Of a stretch of DNA of 64,000 bases, positions 57,049-64,000 are shown one piece after another. The position numbers were made by a program, and so were the translations under genes. The DNA is from Octopus vulgaris. Lineage: Eukaryota. Every line of letters begins with the position of its first letter. Within the stretch, counting starts at the first letter, position 1. The notes below the pieces were generated by a model. That model saw only the letters and a list, made by a program, of their open reading frames with translations, did not search any database and was not told where the DNA came from. Location: positions 45,880,001 through 45,944,000 of the forward strand of contig OX597835.1 in assembly GCA_951406725.2 (NCBI GenBank), in the 5' to 3' direction.

Positions 57049-57719
57049 AAAGAAAAAAATGTAATTTCATTGAAGCACACTGGAAGTATTACACCTTATC
57101 ACCCATTGGTAATTCTGCCGGATGATTATATTAAGAAATACATATTAGTGACAGAAGCAGTATTAATAGCTGGAGATAATAATTATCCCCACTTAAATTT
57201 GGATGCCCTCTTTGAACAAAATGTACTTTTATATTGGCTTTAGATGCAAAATACATTCGTATCGGAGAGATATATACTCGCAACCGCAGCACCGAGACCG
57301 CCAGATCGTGTGATTTCGACGTTCCATGGTCTCATCAATGATGGACGCTCGACCACCAAGGAAAGCAGTGACTCGTTTCCCCGCCAGCGATATATATAGA
57401 AAACCAGTAACAGAACAGGCACTGGTGTCCTAATTAGCCAGTGTACATGTTAAAAGGTATATATTAGAAGTAGAGGCAGTATTAACTCCGAGACGTAATA
57501 TTTATCCACACTTTGGCGTGGATGTTCTGTTGGAACATACAATACTGCGATAATTACCACAAGAGGAACACTCATATAGAATTTTGGAGGATAATGCTCT
57601 GTTGCATAGGCTGTATTTTACACCAAAAGCCAATATGAGATTTCTTTCATTGTATTAACCGCAGTATAGTTGTTTATTCAAACAGAACATCCACGTTTCA
57701 GTGGGGATAAAATATATTC

Positions 57720-58067
57720 CTTTCTACTATAAGCATAAGGGCTGAAATTTTGTTTTTACCGGTACTTAATTTATCCACCCCGAAAGGATGAAAGGCAAAG
57801 TCGACACCGGCGGCATTTGAACTCAGAACATGAAGACAGACGAAATACCTATTACCTCACTACCCACAAGGGGCTAGACACAGAGAGGGCGAACAAACGG
57901 ATTAAGTCGATTATATCGACCTCAGTGCGTAACCGGTACTTATTTAATCGGCCCCGAAAGGATGAAAGGCAAAGTCGACCTGGGCGGAATTTGAACTCAG
58001 AACGTAACGGCAGACGAAATACCGGTAAACATATCGCACGGCGTGCTAACGATTCTGCCAGCTCGAC
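57720..58067 (-). mobile_element. SINE family A, dimeric form
   Basis: ccgaaaggatgaaaggcaaagtcgac..ggcgg..atttgaactcagaac occurs twice (~57780 and ~57954), with the head at ~58065. Confidence 0.85.
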
Positions 58068-58359
58068 ACCTTTTGGGGGAATAAATATATTAAGGATACG
58101 CAGTTATGTAGTGTGCGCAGCCGTTTACTCAGTAATTGAATTAACCATAACTCCATAGATAGAGCAATTGAATACTCCTCAATATATTGACAAACGACTA
58201 TTCATCCAGACACACAAACATGAATATATAGATTTTATGTGCAGACATTTAACAATGTTCTGTAAAAGGCGATATTCGATGGTATTTTGGCAGGAAAATA
58301 AGCAACGAGAGTCCCTTAGTCTCATTTAGATTATGTTGTTAATATTGATTCTCAGGAAG

Positions 58360-58540
58360 GCGGCGGCGAGCTGACGGAATCATAAGCATCTGTCTTTACG
58401 TTCTGAGTTCAAATTCCGTTGATTTTGCCTTTCGTCTTTTCTGGGTCGGTAAATTAAGTATCAGTTGCGTATCGGGGTAGATCTAATCAACTGGCCTCCC
58501 CTCTCCCAAAATTTCCTGCCTTGTTCCTAGAGTAGAAAAA
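58360..58540 (+). mobile_element. SINE family A, internally deleted
   Basis: ggcggcgagctgacggaatc...gttctgagttcaaattccg...ccttgttcctagagtagaaaa. Confidence 0.7.
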
Positions 58541-59385
58541 AGAGAGTCTTACTTCTCCGTGACACGATAATCAGCATGCTGTTCATCTTCATCAAATTCC
58601 TACTCTTTTTCGTAATTTTTAATGGAAATTCTGTGTTATGTCTTAATTTTGATTTCATTAATAATCTATTTTATGCATAAGGTTTATATTCTTCAAATAT
58701 TTCAATATTGTGGGAAGCCTCTGTGTGTGTTCGCAGTTGCATGATTTTGACTATTAAGTATTTATTTTGCTTTTTAAAGAACGATGACATCTTCGTTCCC
58801 AAAATGATCTTCAATATTGTCCCAGGAATGCTTTTCTCTACGATTTAAAAAAGAATTACACCCTCACTCACCCACGTTAGCCTATGATATCATCCTTAGA
58901 ACTTGTCTTTAAGTATTCAAGTCGGAAAATGGGAGTCGAATTACACGCCGCACACAATTAAATGATTATTCAACTCAGACCTAAAAGGCTGGAAAACTAA
59001 AGTAATATATATCCTTTGTGGCTCTAATGATTCCGCTCCTCCAATAATGCTGTTAATGGAACTATTATATATCACTGGAAACGGAAGCACGGATATGTGC
59101 TCGTATGTGTGAGCCAGTGTGTAATAGTCGTCGGTTTCCATGTATGTGAATTCATATAATCATGCAAGTATGCACATGTGTGCGTATGTGTGTGCGTGTG
59201 ACTGCATATGTGTAAGGAAGGGGAGATAAGAGTGATATACATGTAAATATTTATATATATTTTTATTTCTGTACTTTAGAAATGAAAATTGTATTGGGTT
59301 ACTGGGAAACATATTTTGATTGGTATTATCACGTTAAGAGCTAAATCATTTATATTCCTATTGATCTTTCATCAATTTCATCTGC

Positions 59386-59426
<41 letters not shown>

Positions 59427-60530
59427 GCACACCGACTGTCACACACACATATGTATATGTAGAATTTTGTGTAAATATATAGATGTACATCTACCTATGC
59501 ATATGTGTTTGTGTGTCTGTGTGTGCGTGTGTGTTTCTGAGGGTCTCCATATGTATGTAATTCACCAGCAAACTTCATACATAGATATCCCCATACATCT
59601 GTCTCCATAAACATGCCTCGTTTTATTTTTACTATCAAACATAAAACTATTTTGTACCTCCATCTCTGATGATATTTTGCAGATGTATTTATAATTTCAT
59701 CGAACAACCCATGATTTAAATATATAATTTAGCAAATGAATAAAATATCTAAAGCGATTAGGACATCGCCTCATCTTTCGCTATTATGTTGTTTTAATGA
59801 AGGGTCTTACAGGCTTGCAAATGTTTAACAGCAGACGAAGTAATATCAGAGATAGGAAAAAAATGATGATTACTTTTCAATGCGTCTCGTAATCACATAC
59901 ATTTCGCACGTTGTGTGTATGTGAGCTGTTTGCGTCTATGTTTACTCGTGTGACTGTTCGTAAATGAATGTGTTTGATTCTGCGCGTTGCTGTGTCTGCG
60001 TGAGTTCCTGTAAGTTTTATGATTTGCCAGACAGGAAATAAATATGTTAATGCGTAGTCATATGAACAAATAAACGTTTATGCGGCTACATATGTATATG
60101 TGTAAGCACATGTAAAGGTATAGGCATACATGTATGTGCATATATATATATATATATATGTGTGCGTGTGTGCGTGTGTGTGTCTGTCTGTCTGTCCGTC
60201 TGTGTGCGTATGTGTATGCTTAGAAACATATATGTATGTATATTTATGTATTGTGTATGCATATATGCATGCATGTATATATATATATATGTATACAGTC
60301 AGTGAGAAAAGGGAGAAGAATACAGAAATTCATAACGTAATGTATAATTATATCCATTCGTCTGAAGCCGTATACGGTTTCATACGCTATGACTTTAGAG
60401 GCTCTTTCAGACGGCTGCTTGGAGCGTAATGAATCCATAGCAAAATATATCAGGCACATGCCCGCACTCCACCACACACTAACGCATTCATATATATGTG
60501 TGTGTCTGTGTGTGTCTGCGTGTGTGTGTG

Positions 60531-60582
<52 letters not shown>

Positions 60583-61418
60583 GTGTAAAAGTGTGTGTGT
60601 GTGTACGTACTCAAATGTGGGCATCTATGTGTATGCCAACTGCCTGATATTTTATTTTCTCTGTATCATTCGAATAACATATCTACCATTTCCTAGTAAT
60701 ACAATTATATACAAATGAGTTTTTCTTTTCCTTTCATTTTTTTGTGAAATTATGTCCACTTACTGCCATCTCGTGTATTCCACTTCAATGAACAATGGTT
60801 CAAATCTACATAGATTTTAATTACCTATTCTACACACATGTGTCCTATTCTACAAACATGTGTCCTTCTTTATAGTCGTGTATATGTATATATATATACA
60901 TATGCATACACACACGCACTTTTCACTATAATTATACCTCGTCAGCACCTGCTCCTGTTTTCTGTATTAATCTTCAATTTATGACAGTTAAACCTAATTT
61001 TATTCAGAGTTTAGAGAGTATTCTATATTGTTCTTTCCGTTTTCATCTGTAGTTCAGATAATTAAAAATTAGCGAATTTCAGTCAAAGTTAACCCGTCTA
61101 ATACGTGCAAAGGAAAAATAACACATGGAAATGGGATGAGATATACCTCCGATTTTTCTGCATCAATTAAATGCTTTTACCGGTATGCTCTGAAATTTGG
61201 CAAACAATACCTAGCTGTATACAAACTCACCATGACTTTAGCACGTACGTTACTTCACCATACAGCCTCGTCCATCATTATCGAATATCAGCCAAAATTT
61301 CAGGGGCAGGATTTGGTGTGTGTTGCAAATATTGCTTCCCGACCACACGTTTTCTGGTTCAATCGTGACCGAAAGATTTTTAGTGCATTTGGCAGACAGA
61401 AACTGAAAGGAGCCTGTC

Positions 61419-61481
<63 letters not shown>

Positions 61482-61533
61482 CGTTTATATATGTACGTAC
61501 GTATGTATATAGATATGTGTGTATGTATGTATG

Positions 61534-61577
<44 letters not shown>

Positions 61578-61581
<4 letters not shown>

Positions 61582-61775
61582 GGTCCCGGGTTGATTCGGG
61601 GTTAACCACAGTAAATAAGGTACTCAATACATAGCAGAGTAAAATTAATTTATTATATAGAAGGAGCTTCTACAGGACTAGAACTGTATCATTCAAGAGA
61701 AATCTTCAGGAAATCTTCCTGAAGATTTCTCTTGAATGATACAGTTCTAGAGAAGCTCCTTCCTGTAGAAGCTCC

Positions 61776-61782
<7 letters not shown>
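61578..61782 (-). mobile_element. PLE-type terminal module folded back on itself
   Basis: 61655-61712 pairs with 61716-61783. Hammerhead-like ttc-CTGAAGA-tttc-tctt-gaat-GATA-cag..ctg-TA-gaa. (TA)n on both sides. Confidence 0.65.
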
Positions 61783-61822
<40 letters not shown>

Positions 61823-61825
<3 letters not shown>

Positions 61826-62978
61826 TGGGACAAGAACGTGAAACATTTAGAAGACGACACAAAAAACCCGGACGGGACATTCGAAGCCTTCAATTTTCAG
61901 TCAAGAACCGGATCATCTTCGCATTTTCGGCTGATTAATCTTGAGATTGCTCCGACCTGGTCAGCCCCAAATGAAAAATCTAAGTCAAGCGCATTAGATT
62001 CCTTGGAAGAAAGCATCGAATGTATACAAAACAAGGACGGAAAATGGACGATGTCACGTGAAAAAAATACAAAAATACGTAAAAACAATAATGATGATAA
62101 GAATAAAAAACAGGACGTCACAGACAACCGTATTTTCGACAGGACGAGAAAAGTTTTGAGCTGGCGTTAGAAGAGAGCCTTAAAGCTACAGAGAGACAAA
62201 CAAGTGTGTCTTGCCACAACAGCTGCTGGACGCGAAAGGACAGCAATCGGTGGCTAGTCACATGAGGGAAAGAGAGAGGAAAAAGAGGGACAGATGAAAA
62301 GAGAAAGAAGGGGAACAAGGAACAAAGGAGGAGGAGAAGAAAGAGAGAGAAAGAGACAGATCAAGTGGAGTGCAAAGTGTGAAAGGCAGAGAAATGTAGG
62401 AGAGAGGGAGAGAGACAGTGTTGTAGAGTCGTACCATGTGTTAAAGAATATATACTTACGTATAGGATCAAAAAGGGGGTACGTCCCCGCTTATGTACAT
62501 ATGTAAAACTAAAAAAATACAAACTGGGACAAGAAGTGAAACTTTTAGAAGACGACACAAAAAACCCGGACGGGACATTCGAAGCCTTCAATTTTCAGTC
62601 AAGAACCGGATCATCTTCGCAATTTCGGCTGATTAATCTTGAGATTGCTCCGACCTGGTCAGCCACAAAGGAAAATCTAAGCCAAGCGCATTAGATTTCT
62701 TGGAAGAAAGCATCGAATGTATACAAAACAAGGACGGAAAACGGACGATGTTACACGAATAAAAATCCAAAAAATACGTAAAAACAATAATGATAATAAT
62801 AACAACAAAAACAGGACGTTACAGACAAGCGTCTTTTCGACAGGACGAGTAAAGTTTTGAGCTGGCGTTAGAAGAAAGCCTTAGGGCTACAGAGAGACAA
62901 ACAAGTGTGTCTTGCCACAACGGCTGCTGGACGTGAAAGGCCAGCAATCGGTGGCTAGTCACGTGAGGGAAAGAGAAA
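61823..62978. repeat. Two ~455-bp direct repeats spaced 700 bp apart
   Basis: actgggacaagaa..gtgaaac..ttagaagacgacacaaaaaacccggacgggacattcgaagcc... starts at 61823 and 62523, and both run to gcaatcggtggctagtcac.tgagggaaagaga. Confidence 0.92.
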
Positions 62979-62989
62979 AGCCAAATAAA

Positions 62990-63718
62990 TAAGAACAAAC
63001 CCTCCAAAAAACACTACACAAGTACGTGGTACATGTAAAGAATTAGCAGATGCTCAAGGAAGGATAGAAAGTTGGTTTAACGTTTCGTGCACTGCTCCTT
63101 TTCGGAAACAGAAGAAAGTCCAATCCAAAGGAAGCCGGAGGAAGAAAATCGCGAACAATTCACATTTGGCTACACTTTGAAATGACCGGAAGTGGATGGG
63201 GAAGAAAAAGTTATTTCTAAGGCAGGAGAATGTAAAAGAAGGAGGTATGTGAATGTATGTGTGGGTATGTGTGCGCGCGCAAATCTGTGTGCGTGTAAAA
63301 TTGCACGTGTGTGTACATATGTGTGCGTGTATGTGTTGTGTGTGTGTGGTGTTTGTGTGTGGCTTTGGCTTTTTATATGTGTATGTGTGAGTGAATTTTG
63401 TGTCGCTTAATGTTGTAGGAAGAATTCCGTTGCGTGGTTGCAGGAGTGGCGGTTTTTTGTGTGGTTCTGTGTCTCTGCAAATGTGCGTAGAGGAATGGTC
63501 AGTAAAAAGGTATTTCACTGGCAGTTCAAAGTATGTCTGTGCATGTGTATGTATATGTTGTCTGTGTGTGTTTGAGTTATGTGTGCGTTCAAGCGTGTCT
63601 GTGTGTGTGTGTGGGTATGTGTGTATCTATATGTATGTATATATGTATATATATAATAATAATACTTTAATTGTTCCACGTGTTGTTGTTTTTTCTGTTT
63701 TCCCGTTTGGATTAACCT
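62990..63718 (-). mobile_element. PLE-type terminal module related to the 14048/35645 family, with an oppositely oriented terminal piece
   Basis: ggtttaacgtttcgtgcactgctccttttcggaaacag resembles 14148-14185. aataatact..ttgttccacgt..gttgtt..gtttggattaac at 63658-63717 resembles 35771-35837. Confidence 0.55.
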
Positions 63719-63765
<47 letters not shown>

Positions 63766-63864
63766 GTATATATGTATATATATATATGTGTGTATATGGA
63801 GAGAGAGAGAGAGCAGACAAGAGTGTATGTGTATATCTATTTGTGAATGAGTACCACGCTTAAA

Positions 63865-63970
63865 AATATGTAAAGTATTGTGTTCGATTGGTCGGACTAA
63901 ATCCCTTCGAGACGCTGCACTAAAATGGCCGCAGTCCAGTGATTGAAACAACGAAAAGACAAATAATAAA
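63865..63970 (+). mobile_element. SINE family B 3' fragment
   Basis: atggccgcagtccagtgattgaaacaacgaaaag matches the family B tail. Confidence 0.5.
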
Positions 63971-64000
63971 TTGATGGGGACAGCGTCTTTCTTTGAACAG

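Overview
AT-rich, repeat-saturated eukaryotic DNA. The SINE families and microsatellite load suggest an octopus/cephalopod genome, but that is inference. I found no supportable host protein-coding gene, and most ORFs in the track are translations of (TA)n, (CA)n, (TAC)n, (GAT)n or (AAT)n microsatellites. Recognisable content: three tRNA-type SINE families; a full-length but frameshifted mariner with TIRs (15070-16353) plus two mariner fragments; a 5'-truncated CR1-type LINE; R4/Dong and RTE LINE remnants; a complete ~300-bp non-autonomous Helitron; a candidate solo LTR; and many Penelope-like element (PLE) fragments. The most notable signal is about a dozen type I hammerhead-ribozyme-like folds on short terminal modules, many lodged in microsatellites. 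One has the conserved C3-G8 core pair swapped to G3-C8 (49258-49304). Several long foldback inverted repeats and an inverted duplication that carries a SINE together with its flank are also present. All folds and alignments were read by eye, so boundaries of degenerate elements are approximate.
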